Shown: positions 18,759 to 29,399 of the stretch, piece by piece
How positions within the stretch are numbered: the stretch's first letter is position 1
Layout: each line of letters opens with the position of its first letter
Assembly (NCBI GenBank): GCA_038231275.1
Contig: JBBRLQ010000003.1
Location: 448,001 to 512,000, forward strand
DNA from: Polyangiales bacterium
Lineage (GTDB): Bacteria; Myxococcota_A; Polyangia; Polyangiales; Polyangiaceae
Reading direction: 5' to 3'
DNA length: 64,000 nt
The notes under the pieces: generated by a model
Databases searched by the model: none
Seen by the model: the letters and a program-made list of their open reading frames with translations, nothing else
Told to the model about the DNA's origin: nothing
Program-made: the position numbers and the translations under genes

Positions 18759-19796
18759 TCATGCCGACCCGTTCCTGGACGAGCCGACGCCGAACCGCAT
18801 CACGATGACGCTGACGTTGTCGGGGCCCCCGCGCCGATTTGCCAAGTCTACGAGACGCTCGGCCGCACGCGCGAGCTCCCAGTTGATGTCGAGGACGTCC
18901 CGAACGAGATCGTCGGGCACTGCTTTCGTGAGCCCGTCGGAGCAAAGCAGATACACGTCACCGATCCGCGGCTTGGCGAAGATCACGTCGGTGAGGACGT
19001 AATCGCGCGGGCCCACCGCGCGGCTGAGGGAGTCGGCGCCGGGACCGACGATGCCGTAGCTGGCCATCGTGTGGTCGGTCGTCATCTGCTCCAACTTCCC
19101 TTCGCGGAACCGGTAGCAGCGGCTGTCGCCGACGTGGCCTACGTAGAGGCGGCCCTCGTCCGGTGAGAAGCGCGCCGCCACGATCGTGGTCCCCATCTTG
19201 ACGAGTGTTCGGTCCTTCTTGGCGCGCTCGTGGATTCGCATGCTCGCGAGCTGAATCGCCCGGGCGACGTCGCTGGCGCGCGGCGGGAGCTTGGGGTGCG
19301 GCTTTCCCATGAACGTGCGGCTCTCGATGGCCTCGGCGATCGTCTCCACTGCGAGCTTGCTCGCGATCTCGCCCCCCCCGTGGCCGCCCATTCCGTCGGC
19401 GAGGATGCAGAGACCGTCTGCCTCGCGCGCGAGCACCGAGTCCTCGTTGTTGTGGCGCTTGCGACCGCGATCCGTGCGGGCGACCGCGTCGACGCGGAGG
19501 TAGGGCGGGTCCGCGGGGGGCCCTTGCTCGAGCGCTCCCTTGTCGAAGGCGATCGGGACGGCCGGGCAGCTTTCGCGCGGCTTGTCGTCCTCTTCGTCCT
19601 CGGGCTCGAAGGGGTCCAGGCGTGCGAGCTGCGGTCCCGACAGACGAGGGTTGGGCACCGGCCCGTCTCGGAGGACGCTGCGCCCGCGGCGGCGTCGCCG
19701 AAACGAGAGCGCGAGCGTGGCGGCGATGGCGAGAAAAACCACGCCGACGACCACAAGGAGCCACATGGGCGACCACTGCTCGAAGGTCCCGGTCAT
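18759..19796 (-). CDS. Membrane-anchored PP2C-type Ser/Thr phosphatase
   Basis: NED, ADGMGG, MGTT, HVGDSR, LCSDGL and DN motifs; N-terminal TM helix. Confidence 0.95.
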   Translation of the reverse strand: MTGTFEQWSPMWLLVVVGVVFLAIAATLALSFRRRRRGRSVLRDGPVPNPRLSGPQLARLDPFEPEDEEDDKPRESCPAVPIAFDKGALEQGPPADPPYLRVDAVARTDRGRKRHNNEDSVLAREADGLCILADGMGGHGGGEIASKLAVETIAEAIESRTFMGKPHPKLPPRASDVARAIQLASMRIHERAKKDRTLVKMGTTIVAARFSPDEGRLYVGHVGDSRCYRFREGKLEQMTTDHTMASYGIVGPGADSLSRAVGPRDYVLTDVIFAKPRIGDVYLLCSDGLTKAVPDDLVRDVLDINWELARAAERLVDLANRRGGPDNVSVIVMRFGVGSSRNGSA

Positions 19797-19965
19797 CACG
19801 CCAAGCGAGGATATTCCCTCCTCCACGTCTTGGCACGCATTGGAGGCGCTCTTTCGCGCCGGGAGCCCGTCGCGATCAGCGGCCCGGGAAAACGTTGACG
19901 GTTCGGAGTAGAGCGTGTCCGATGGAAGCGGTTCGCCAACATCGAAAGCTCAAAGGATTTTGCGC

Positions 19966-21567
19966 ATGCGCCTCGTACGATTCGCTGCGAACGGGCTCTG
20001 GATGCTGTGCGCGGTCGGTGCGGGCGCGGCGCCGGGGTGCAGCCAGATCACGCACGCCGGCGACTACCACACGCAGGAATGCGCCACCAACGCCGACTGC
20101 ATCGGCGCCCACGGCGCGAACTGGATTTGCCGCCGCAGCGACAAGACTTGCCAGGGTTTGATCACCGACGACTGCCAGACCGTGCTCGGCTCGGACAACC
20201 TCCTCGACGACGACACCTCGCTATTCGGAGCGCTCTTCGCCATCAACGGCGCGAACGCGGCGACCGGCAAGGGGGAGCTTTACGCCCTCAAGATGGCGTT
20301 CAACGACTTCGCGCCGGTCAACGGCCTCCCCCCCGTTCCCGGCTCGAGCAAGCGTCGCCAGGTGAGCGTGCTCGTCTGCGACGACTCCGCCGCCAACGAC
20401 GTCGCGCTCCGGTCGGTGACCCACATGACCGCGGAGCTCGGCATCCAAGGAATCATCGGGCCGTCGTGGAGTGGGCCGACCATCAACTTCCTGACCAAGC
20501 AATCGGTTCCCGCCGGCGCGCTCGTCATCGGCGCAGGCACGACGAGCCCCGACCTGACGAACCTTCAGAAGAACGGCCTATTTTTCCGTACGTGCGAGTC
20601 GACGGCCCTCGAGGCGCCGCCCATCGCGCGGCTGGCGGCGGACGTCGAGACCGAGCTCGAGAAGCAACCGGCGCTCGCGGGAAAGGTGAAGATCGCGGTC
20701 GCCTCCAAAGGGGACTCGTTCGGCAAGGGGACGACCCAGGTTCTCCTCCAGTCGCTCACGATCGGTGGCAAGCCGGCGACGGATCCCGCCAACGCCGGAA
20801 ACTTTCTGCAGCTCGACTACGGCAACCCCGCCGACCCGACGACCGATCCGCTGAAGTACACCGAGACGGCGACCAAGCTCGTCGCCCTCGCTCCTCAGAT
20901 CATCATCATCATCGGCACCAGCGAGGCGCCGAGCAATATCATGGGCGTGGTCGAGCAACAGTGGCCGGCCGGCGTGAGGAAGCCATACTGGCTTTACTCG
21001 CACAGCCAAGTGAGCAGCGCCATCGTGAACCAGCTCAAGAACTCCGATCCCGCGGGCGAGCTGCGAAAACGCGTCATGGGGGTCACGTTCGGCTCCCTCA
21101 CCCCTGCGTATCTCCAGTTCCGCTCGAACTTCAGCGCGTCACAGCCGGCGGACGTGTCGCCCGACTCGATCTTCGCGAACACGGCATACGACGCCTTCTA
21201 CACGCTGGTGTATGCGGCGACCGCCGCCGGAGGCAATCCGCTCACCGGCGCGAACCTCGCGGCGGGCATCGGGAGCCTCGTGCCGCCGGGCCCGCCGATC
21301 AACGTCGGGCCGGGCGATCTCCAGCAGGCACTGACCAGCCTGGGCAATGGCCAACGGGTCGACCTCGTAGGCACGTCGGGGCCGTTGGACTTCAACCTGC
21401 AAACGGGAGATGTCGCCCAGGAGAACCAGGTGTGGTGCATCCCCGGCGACGGCAACAACCAGCCGCTCTTCCCGTCGTTCAGCGGTTACGGCTTCAACCT
21501 GCAGTTCAATCCGACGGGCTCGCTGGCATCGGTCACGTCGAAGTGCGGCGTGACCTTCGGGCCGTAG
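19966..21567 (+). CDS. LivJ-like (type I periplasmic binding) lipoprotein with Cys-rich N-terminus
   Basis: APGC lipobox; C..NADC motif; IIGP, FFRT, YDA and GTSGPLDF motifs; no ABC permease nearby. Confidence 0.85.
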   Translation: MRLVRFAANGLWMLCAVGAGAAPGCSQITHAGDYHTQECATNADCIGAHGANWICRRSDKTCQGLITDDCQTVLGSDNLLDDDTSLFGALFAINGANAATGKGELYALKMAFNDFAPVNGLPPVPGSSKRRQVSVLVCDDSAANDVALRSVTHMTAELGIQGIIGPSWSGPTINFLTKQSVPAGALVIGAGTTSPDLTNLQKNGLFFRTCESTALEAPPIARLAADVETELEKQPALAGKVKIAVASKGDSFGKGTTQVLLQSLTIGGKPATDPANAGNFLQLDYGNPADPTTDPLKYTETATKLVALAPQIIIIIGTSEAPSNIMGVVEQQWPAGVRKPYWLYSHSQVSSAIVNQLKNSDPAGELRKRVMGVTFGSLTPAYLQFRSNFSASQPADVSPDSIFANTAYDAFYTLVYAATAAGGNPLTGANLAAGIGSLVPPGPPINVGPGDLQQALTSLGNGQRVDLVGTSGPLDFNLQTGDVAQENQVWCIPGDGNNQPLFPSFSGYGFNLQFNPTGSLASVTSKCGVTFGP

Positions 21568-21608
21568 AGCCGCAGCCAGCGACCCACAAGAACGGCCGGA
21601 GCTTCGAT

Positions 21609-22379
21609 TCAGAAGGTGCCGGTCAAGCCGGCCGTTCCGACACCTACGTAGGGCGAGACCTGCGCGCCTGCGGACTTCTCGGCGGAGGAGCGGTTCAAGA
21701 ACAAGAGGAGCCCGCCGGTGGCGACTCCAACGCCGCCGACGATGAAGCCGATCGTCGAGATGGTGCTCGTGGTCTTGAGGGACGTGATGTCGTCCTTCGA
21801 TTTGGGCGGGCAGAGCCGGTTGGCGCACGCCGAGTCGAGGTCCGCGCGCTTGCCGAGCGCCGAGACGCCAAAGATCGACCCGATGGCGATGCCGACGCCG
21901 CCCACCGAGAACGCCACGATGGCCGGCACCGCGCTATGCCCCGACGAGGCCGGCGGCGGGCCGCCCGGCGGCGCGGCGTCAGAGGGTGACCCTCCCGAGG
22001 CGGGCGCCGGAGAGCTCCGAAGGACCTTGACGGCGTCCTGCGCCTTCACGCGACCGCTCGAGTCCGCGCCGGGCGAGTTGATGAAGAGCTCGTACTTCTC
22101 GATGGCGGTCTGCTTGTCGCCGAGCGCCTCGAAGCACTTGGCGATGTTGTAGAGGAGGTTCGGATCGGGATCGACGGCGTACGCGTGCTGGAATCTCTCG
22201 TTCGCCTTGCGGTAGTCGCGCGCTTGGTAGGCGGTCAGGCCTTCGTCGGTCAGCTTCTGTACGAACGCGTTGCGCGCGACAGGATCGGTGGGCACGGCGT
22301 CGTCGGCGGCCGCCGGCGAGCCCGTCGCGAGCGCAGCGAGGAGCAGCGAAACGGATACGGCGACTCTCGAGCGTGTCAT
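21609..22379 (-). CDS. TPR protein with C-terminal hydrophobic hairpin
   Basis: Signal peptide; TPR motifs (AY..DP.P.LLYNIA.C.E.LG); two C-terminal hydrophobic segments. Confidence 0.85.
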   Translation of the reverse strand: MTRSRVAVSVSLLLAALATGSPAAADDAVPTDPVARNAFVQKLTDEGLTAYQARDYRKANERFQHAYAVDPDPNLLYNIAKCFEALGDKQTAIEKYELFINSPGADSSGRVKAQDAVKVLRSSPAPASGGSPSDAAPPGGPPPASSGHSAVPAIVAFSVGGVGIAIGSIFGVSALGKRADLDSACANRLCPPKSKDDITSLKTTSTISTIGFIVGGVGVATGGLLLFLNRSSAEKSAGAQVSPYVGVGTAGLTGTF

Positions 22380-22427
22380 GCGTTCTCCTTCGGGTTCCTG
22401 CGTCGCGGGCCGGCAGCGCCCGCCAGT

Positions 22428-24233
22428 CTACTGGACCTGGGGCGCCTTCGGGGGTGCGGGGTCGTCGACGAGACGCACGCGGTTCGTGTCGTCCACCGTT
22501 CGAATCTTCGACGTGGTCGTCGCCGTGGGGAGGCCGCTCGGCGCCGCCGCCTTCGCCGCGGCGAGCGCCGGCGGGGGCTGCCCGGTGGTCGCCGGGCTAG
22601 ACGGGGGCTGCGCGGCGGCGGAAGCCCGGCCAGACGGGCCCGGCACCGCGACTCTCCCCGTCGGGTGCGTCGTGAGGACGCGCGACGCGAGCGTCGGCGC
22701 GCCGGACGGAAGCGCGGCGGGGACCACGCGCAGGGGGCGAACCGCGATCGGCGCCTCGATCACCGTCTTCTTCATCGTCACCCGCGCGCGCTTCTCGGTG
22801 TCCGCAGGCGCGATCGTCAGCGTGAGCGACTCGGGCGCGTAGGTCTCCTTCGTGAGCTGCAGGCTGAACTCCCCCTCGGGAAGCTGCAAGGTCACGGGCG
22901 TCTCGCCCAGTAATTTTCCGTTCGATTCGATGCGCACGCCCGGCGGGTCGCTCTCGAGACTCACCTTGTGCAGTGCCGCGGTCGCGAGACGTGCCGGCTC
23001 GTTGCGCGTGCTCCGGAAGAGGAGCACGGTCGCGGCGCCCACGGCGAGGAGGAGCAAGGCCACGCTCGCGACCGTGACGATCCGTCGTGTGCGAGTCGCC
23101 TCCTTCGCAAGCGCCTCGAACGCCTCGGGGTTCGTCGACGTAGCCCCAGGCGGCACTGGGAACGACGGCAGGCCCGGCAGCCCGGGAATGTGCACGCCGC
23201 TCGAGCTCCCGCTGGGCGGCGGCACGCTGCTCTGGAATTTGACCGAGGCTCCGGCGTGCCCCGACGCGCGCAGGATCGTGCTCGCGCGCTCCGCGTAGAT
23301 GCGCCCCTTGCTGGGCCCGAACGGCAGGAGCGCGATGGCGAGCTCGGCGACGTTCTGGAAGCGGCGCGCCGGCGCTTTCGCGAGGCATCGGTCGACGATC
23401 ACCTGCAGGTCGTTGGGGACGTCGGGAGTGAACTGCGCCATCTTGACGGGCTCCCCGTCGAGGACCTGCTTGCAGATCTTGCTGATCGACTCTCCCGAGA
23501 ACGGCGGGCGGCCGGTCAGCATCTCGTAGAGCACGACCCCCAGCGACCAGATGTCGGTACGGTGGTCGACGGTCGACTCCCCGCGGATCTGCTCGGGCGA
23601 CATGTACAGCGGCGAGCCCATGACGTTCTCCGCCTCGGACGCCGCGCGCTCCTTGAACGAAGAGCCGGCCAGCGCGGTCTTGGAGATGCCGAAATCGAGG
23701 ACCTTCACGACATCCGTGCCGTCGGCGCGCCGCGCGAGGAAGATGTTCTCCGGCTTGATGTCGCGGTGGACGATGTCGTTCGAGTGCGCGACCGCGAGCG
23801 CCTCGCAGACTTGCAGGACGGCCTCGACGGCGGACCGCACCGGCAGTGTCCCCGACGTGGCGAGTGTGTCGGCGAAGTCTTTTCCCTCGAGGTACTCCAT
23901 GACGAGGTAGGGCCCGCGCCCTTCCACCGTGCCGACGTCGAAGACGCGCGCCGCGTGCTCGCTCTTGATGCGCACCGCCGCCTTCGCCTCTTGCGCGAAG
24001 CGGCGGACGATGTCGGCGTTGCCCTGCACTTCGGCGCGAAGAAACTTGATGGCGACGACTTCATCGAGCTCGGTGTGGCGAGCGGCCAAGACGATGCCGA
24101 CGCCGCCGACGCCGAGCACTCGCTCGACGATGTACTTGCCGCCGATCACGTCCCCCGCTCGGATGTCGTCCGAGCGGATCGGGTCGATCCCGCTGACCGC
24201 CGCCATTGCCGGGTCCTGTCCGCTGCGGTTCAT
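22428..24233 (-). CDS. Hanks-type Ser/Thr kinase with TM helix and PEGA domain
   Basis: GVGGVG, VAIK, HRDIKPEN, DFG, YMSPEQ; TM helix; SDPPG..G.TP PEGA motif. Confidence 0.97.
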   Translation of the reverse strand: MNRSGQDPAMAAVSGIDPIRSDDIRAGDVIGGKYIVERVLGVGGVGIVLAARHTELDEVVAIKFLRAEVQGNADIVRRFAQEAKAAVRIKSEHAARVFDVGTVEGRGPYLVMEYLEGKDFADTLATSGTLPVRSAVEAVLQVCEALAVAHSNDIVHRDIKPENIFLARRADGTDVVKVLDFGISKTALAGSSFKERAASEAENVMGSPLYMSPEQIRGESTVDHRTDIWSLGVVLYEMLTGRPPFSGESISKICKQVLDGEPVKMAQFTPDVPNDLQVIVDRCLAKAPARRFQNVAELAIALLPFGPSKGRIYAERASTILRASGHAGASVKFQSSVPPPSGSSSGVHIPGLPGLPSFPVPPGATSTNPEAFEALAKEATRTRRIVTVASVALLLLAVGAATVLLFRSTRNEPARLATAALHKVSLESDPPGVRIESNGKLLGETPVTLQLPEGEFSLQLTKETYAPESLTLTIAPADTEKRARVTMKKTVIEAPIAVRPLRVVPAALPSGAPTLASRVLTTHPTGRVAVPGPSGRASAAAQPPSSPATTGQPPPALAAAKAAAPSGLPTATTTSKIRTVDDTNRVRLVDDPAPPKAPQVQ

Positions 24234-24569
24234 TTGCCAACAGCGTATCGACTAAGAAAAGCGGGTCAATGTGGGCACACGCCGCACCTCGGCGCGGCTC
24301 GCCAAACCTGCCAGGGTTGGGGAGTCCGAATCCGCTCGTGGGTTGCTGCCGAGCTCCGGCGGCTCGCCGCTCGCGCGGGAACGGATCGAAGGACGCGACG
24401 CAGGAAATGGTGCATCGCCTGGTTCATCGCCCCGAGGGGTGCGTCGAAGGGCAACCTCGTACATGCCTTTCCTATCTAGACAACTGGAGCGTACCCCGCT
24501 CTTCTGGAAGCACCCTACGCCACCCTCGCGGTTCCCCCGTCCCCAGCAACGCGCAGGAGAGCCTGAATC

Positions 24570-27374
24570 GTGAGTGCCGCACCGACGCCGTCAGACGAGG
24601 AGGGGCGCCTCCGGGCACTTCTTGCCTACGACGTCCTCGACAGCGAGGCCGAAGGCGGCTTCGACGAGCTCGCCGAGCTCGCCAGACAGATCTGCGCCAC
24701 CTCCGTCGCGCTGATCACGCTCGTCGACTCAAAGCGGCAGTGGTTCAAGTCCCGCTTGGCGTTCGCGCCCCAAGAGACCCCGCGTGACATCTCTTTTTGC
24801 GCGCACGCCATCCTCCGCCCGGAGGTCATGGTGGTCCCCGACGCGACGCGCGACCCGAGATTTGCCGCCAACCCTTTGGTCACGGGCGATCCCTTCATCC
24901 GCTTCTACGCAGGCGCGCCACTGATCGCGCCGAGCGGCCACGCGCTCGGAACGGTGGCCGTGCTGCACGACGCGCCCCGCGAGCTCGACGACACCCAACG
25001 GAGCGCCATGGCCATGCTCGCTCGTCGGGCGGTCGACCAGCTCGAGCTGCGTCGGCGAGTGACGCGCGCTAAGGACGACGGCGAGTCTCAGAAGGACGCA
25101 CTCCTGGCGGCGTCGCTCGACTCCGTCATCGTCATCGATTCCAGCGGGCGCATCGTGGAGTTCAACCCGAGCGCCGAGCAGACCTTCGGCTTCACGCGCG
25201 GGGAGGTGGTCGGGCGATTGCTCGTCGACGTGATCATTCCGACGTCGCTGCGCGCCCCGCATCGCAAGGGGTTTGCACACTACCTGGCCACGGGCGAGGA
25301 GCGGATGATGAACCGGCGCGTTGAAACGGTCGCTCTGCGCGCCGACGGCGTCGAGATTCCGGTGGAGCTCGCCATCGCCCGGCTTGGCGGGAGCGAGCCG
25401 CGGAGGTTCGTAGGGTTTCTTCGTGACGTCTCCGAGCGCAAGCGCGCCGAGGCGGCGGTCCGTCAGGACGTGGAGCGCTTTCGGCTCGTCGCGCGCGCCA
25501 CCAACGACGTGGTCTGGGACTGGGACATCGTGAAAGACCGCCTCTGGTGGGGCGACGGCTTCCAAACCCTGTTCGGCTACTCGCCCGCGGAGGTCGAGGC
25601 CGGCCGGGAGTCCTGGACGACGCGCCTGCACGCGGACGATCACGATCGAGTGAAGGCCGGCTTCCAGCGGGTCGTCGAGGATCACGGCCAGTACTGGACC
25701 GACGAGTACCGCTTTCGCCGGCACGATGGCTCGTTTGCCGAGGTTCTGGATCGGGGCTACGTGATCCGAAGCGCCGGCGGCGATCCGATTCGGATGGTCG
25801 GCGCGATGATGGACGTTACGGCGCGCAACCTCGCGCAGGAGCAAATCCGTCAGTCGGAGGAGAGGTACCGCGACCTCTTCGAGGACGTCGGCGAAGCCAT
25901 CTTCACGCTCTCGCCGGAGGGCGAAGTCACCTCCATGAACCGGGCAGCCGAGGCGATGTTGGGCGGACCACGGGACTCCTGGATTGGGCTCCCGTTCGCG
26001 CCGCTCGTACACGCGGAGGAGCGGGAATCGGTGCTGAAGCGGTTTGCGCAGGTGCTGCGTGGCGAAGCTCCACCTACCTTCGAGGTTCATCTCACAGCAT
26101 CCTCGGCCCGTGAGGCGAACATCGAGCTCACGTTGACGCCGAGAAGGGCGGGCGGGCGGCTCGTCGGCATCCTCGGCATCGGCCGCGACATCGCGGAGCG
26201 GAAGCGCCTGGAAGAGCAGCTTCGGCAGTCACAGAAGTTGGAGGCCATGGGGCAGCTCTCTGGCGGCGTGGCGCACGATTTCAACAACCTGCTCACCGTC
26301 ATCCAATGCGGCGCGGAGCTGCTCGACGAAACGAGCGAAGCGTCCGAGCTCAAAGAGCGCGTGGCGGAGATCCAGGACGCCGCAGCGCGCGGAGCGAGGC
26401 TCACTCGTCAGCTACTCGTCGCGAGCCGAAGGCAGGCCATGCGACCTACGGCCGTCGATCTCAACGAAGTCGCGCGTGAACTCGTCAAGATGCTCACGCG
26501 TATCGTCGGCGAAGACATCTCGGTCCGGTGCGAATACGCAGCGTTGCTTCCGGTCATCCGCGCGGACGCCGGAATGCTCGAGCAAGTCCTCTTGAATCTC
26601 GTGGTGAACGCCCGCGACGCGATGCCGGGCGGCGGAAGGCTGACGATCTCGACCAGCGCCCCAACCATCGATGAGACGGCCGCGAAGCGCCATCCCGAGG
26701 CGGTCGTCGGCCCATGTGTATGCCTCTGCGTTCGCGACACCGGGGGCGGCATCCCGCCCGCCGTCCTTCCGCGCATCTTCGAAGCGTTTTTCACTACGAA
26801 GGCGGTGGGCAAAGGGTCGGGACTGGGACTCGCGACCGTCTACGGAATCGCCAAACAACACGGAGGCTGGATTGAGGTGGAGAGCACCGTCGGAGAGGGC
26901 ACTTCGTTCGCCGTCTACCTTCCCATCGGGGAGACGGCCGCGCTTCCCTCGAAGGCACCCGCAGCATGGCTCGTCGGCTCGCGAGGCGGCAACGAAACGA
27001 TCCTCCTCGTGGAGGACGACCCTGCGGTGAGGGCGCTCGCAGCCCGAGTGCTTGCCCGCCAAGGCTACGAGATCCTCGAGGCGCCTTCCGGTGTCGCGGC
27101 GCTCGAGGTATGGCGGCATCACCGCGATCGGGTCGACCTCCTCGTCACGGATCTCGTCATGCCTGGCGGGATGACGGGCCGTGAGTTGGCCGACCGACTG
27201 CGGGGCGAGCGCCCGCGGCTCAAGGTCCTTTACGCGAGCGGGTACAGCGCGGACTTCGTCGGCCCCGGCGCTGAGTTGATCGAGGGCCGCAATTTCCTAC
27301 AGAAGCCCTACCGTCCGGATCGTCTCGCGGAGCTCGTTCGCGACTGCCTGGACCGTCCGAGCGCGCCGCTCTAG
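24570..27374 (+). CDS. Hybrid histidine kinase GAF-PAS-PAS-PAS-HisKA-HATPase-REC
   Basis: SFCAHAI GAF; three PAS domains; AHDFNNLL; FTTK..GSGLGL; C-terminal receiver. Confidence 0.97.
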   Translation: MSAAPTPSDEEGRLRALLAYDVLDSEAEGGFDELAELARQICATSVALITLVDSKRQWFKSRLAFAPQETPRDISFCAHAILRPEVMVVPDATRDPRFAANPLVTGDPFIRFYAGAPLIAPSGHALGTVAVLHDAPRELDDTQRSAMAMLARRAVDQLELRRRVTRAKDDGESQKDALLAASLDSVIVIDSSGRIVEFNPSAEQTFGFTRGEVVGRLLVDVIIPTSLRAPHRKGFAHYLATGEERMMNRRVETVALRADGVEIPVELAIARLGGSEPRRFVGFLRDVSERKRAEAAVRQDVERFRLVARATNDVVWDWDIVKDRLWWGDGFQTLFGYSPAEVEAGRESWTTRLHADDHDRVKAGFQRVVEDHGQYWTDEYRFRRHDGSFAEVLDRGYVIRSAGGDPIRMVGAMMDVTARNLAQEQIRQSEERYRDLFEDVGEAIFTLSPEGEVTSMNRAAEAMLGGPRDSWIGLPFAPLVHAEERESVLKRFAQVLRGEAPPTFEVHLTASSAREANIELTLTPRRAGGRLVGILGIGRDIAERKRLEEQLRQSQKLEAMGQLSGGVAHDFNNLLTVIQCGAELLDETSEASELKERVAEIQDAAARGARLTRQLLVASRRQAMRPTAVDLNEVARELVKMLTRIVGEDISVRCEYAALLPVIRADAGMLEQVLLNLVVNARDAMPGGGRLTISTSAPTIDETAAKRHPEAVVGPCVCLCVRDTGGGIPPAVLPRIFEAFFTTKAVGKGSGLGLATVYGIAKQHGGWIEVESTVGEGTSFAVYLPIGETAALPSKAPAAWLVGSRGGNETILLVEDDPAVRALAARVLARQGYEILEAPSGVAALEVWRHHRDRVDLLVTDLVMPGGMTGRELADRLRGERPRLKVLYASGYSADFVGPGAELIEGRNFLQKPYRPDRLAELVRDCLDRPSAPL

Positions 27375-27462
27375 GCGAGGCCTCGAGGGAAGATCCAACG
27401 GCCCGCTTCGGTATCACACGGCGAAATCCTGTGCCGGGCGCGAAAATCCAGGGAAACGAACG

Positions 27463-29244
27463 ATGAAGCAGTTCCGTCTGACAGGTCTTGGCGTGCTCGC
27501 GACGGTGGCGACGGTGGCAGCCTGCGGCGGCGGTTCGGCCGTACCCGGCACCCATTCGGCGGCCAACGTTCAGTCGAACGCGATGGCGGGCACGTTCGCG
27601 GGGCAGAACAAGTGCAACGCGAAGAACCAGGAGCGCCCGTTCGTCATCGAGTGGGACGCGACGGACATGTCGAGCTTCGAGTCGCGCGCCGCGAACGACG
27701 TCATCTTCGTCCACTACGAAGGGTGTGATCTGAAGATCCTCGATTCGTGCGTGAACGACTCGGTCAAGGGATCGCTCGGTTCGTACAAGCCGGTGGACTG
27801 GACGAGCGGTTCGCTCGAGGCGCTCGACATCAATAGCCAGGGCGAGCTCTACGCCAAGCTGCCGCTCGGCGCTGCGTCGCTCGGCGGGCGCGTCGAGGGC
27901 GGTGAGAAGTTCCACATGGAATACTTCGTCAGCGGCACCCGCAGCGCGACGCGGGACGCCGTGTTCAAGGCCGACGTCGAAAAAATCTCCGGCTGCAAAG
28001 GCGCGACGCACTTCGTCTACGCCTACAACTTGGGTGCGTTCGCGCTCGGCGCGCAGTCGAACATGAAGGGCACCGTCGGAGGCAGCGCGTTCGGTTTCGG
28101 CGCCGGGGGGAGCCGCTCGAGCGAGTCGAAGGCCGACAAGCAAGGTGGCGTGCTTGCGAGTTGCCGCGCCGAGAGCGCGAAGGACGTGCAGACGTGCACG
28201 GTCCCGATCCGTCTCACGCTCCGTGAGCTCACGGACGGACAGAGCGCCGACGCGAAGGAGGCGTTGGCCCCCGAGACACCCGAGGCCTATAACCTCGCCG
28301 CGCGCCTCAAGGCGACGAACGATCGCGAGCGAAAGGCGCAAGGCCACGCGGAGACGGCGCGCGAGAAGATGGTGTCGCGCGACGGCAAGGGCTGCGTGGC
28401 GGAGTTGGACAAGCACGACAAGCTCGACCCGCGCCCGAGCGGACTCTCCACGAACAGCGCGTCGTACTACTCCGTCGTCCGCGGGCAGTGCCTGATGCTC
28501 GGCGGGCAATGCGCGGTGGGAAAGACCGTCTTACGCAAGACGCTCGAGAAGACGCAAGGCGCCATGTCGACGCCCGAGGCCATCGACGGCCAGGTCGACG
28601 GGATCGCGGGAATGTACTGCCAAGGGGCCTCCATGGGCGGCCGCGACCGGATCCTCCAGGCATCCATGGCGCTCGGCTCCACGAAGACCGCCGCGGTGTG
28701 CAACGATCACATCAAGGCCCTGAAGGACCTCATCCCGACGACCGCTCCGAAGGACGAAGACGACCACCAAGTCCTCGGCGCGCCGGACATCCTCCGCAGC
28801 TCCGGCGTTGCATGCCTCGCGAAGGCTGGCGACTGCCAAGGAGCGTGGGCGCTCCGGCAGTACACGAGCGCGCACCCGGAGCTTTGGAAGTACGCGTCCG
28901 CCGACCGCCGCGCACAGATCGCGCAAGGCGCCAACATGCAGCAGTCGATCCTGCGCGCCGAGTTCGACATGACGACACCGAAGTGCCGCGGCCAACTCGA
29001 TGCCGTCGCCGCGCCGCCGCCGCCGACCGTGCCCACGCCTCCCGCGGCGCCGTCGGTCGAGGGGATCAAAGCAAAGTACAAAGCGGACGTCGCCAAGTGC
29101 ATGCGCGGCGAAGCCGTCGACGGGGGGAGCATGGTCGGCGGTGGGACCTGCAAAATGCTTCGCAAAGCCGCACAGACCGGCGACACATCGGAGCTCCCGA
29201 AGGGCGCCAAGGAGATGTTCCAGGAGGTCCAGAGCGGGAAGTAG
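27463..29244 (+). CDS. Large Cys-rich lipoprotein, unknown function
   Basis: VAAC lipobox; protein-like composition; beta-rich N-terminal half and helical Cys-paired C-terminal half. Confidence 0.85.
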   Translation: MKQFRLTGLGVLATVATVAACGGGSAVPGTHSAANVQSNAMAGTFAGQNKCNAKNQERPFVIEWDATDMSSFESRAANDVIFVHYEGCDLKILDSCVNDSVKGSLGSYKPVDWTSGSLEALDINSQGELYAKLPLGAASLGGRVEGGEKFHMEYFVSGTRSATRDAVFKADVEKISGCKGATHFVYAYNLGAFALGAQSNMKGTVGGSAFGFGAGGSRSSESKADKQGGVLASCRAESAKDVQTCTVPIRLTLRELTDGQSADAKEALAPETPEAYNLAARLKATNDRERKAQGHAETAREKMVSRDGKGCVAELDKHDKLDPRPSGLSTNSASYYSVVRGQCLMLGGQCAVGKTVLRKTLEKTQGAMSTPEAIDGQVDGIAGMYCQGASMGGRDRILQASMALGSTKTAAVCNDHIKALKDLIPTTAPKDEDDHQVLGAPDILRSSGVACLAKAGDCQGAWALRQYTSAHPELWKYASADRRAQIAQGANMQQSILRAEFDMTTPKCRGQLDAVAAPPPPTVPTPPAAPSVEGIKAKYKADVAKCMRGEAVDGGSMVGGGTCKMLRKAAQTGDTSELPKGAKEMFQEVQSGK

Positions 29245-29266
29245 AGTCGCTTCGCCGATGCTCGTG

Positions 29267-29385
29267 TGTCCGGGCGCCGGGACACCGCCCTGTCCGGCAC
29301 CCAGGACAGTCTTCGCGCGGCCAACGTCGAAGGTCGCGGAGTTGCGGCGGGCATCTGTGTCCAAGGCGACGGCACGTCGGTTGCT
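29267..29385 (+). promoter_or_regulatory. Tandem enhancer palindromes plus sigma54 promoter
   Basis: TGTCC-N8-GGACA at 29267-29284 and 29291-29308; cGGcacgtcggttGCt at 29370-29385. Confidence 0.75.
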
Positions 29386-29399
29386 CACCACCGCGCGAC

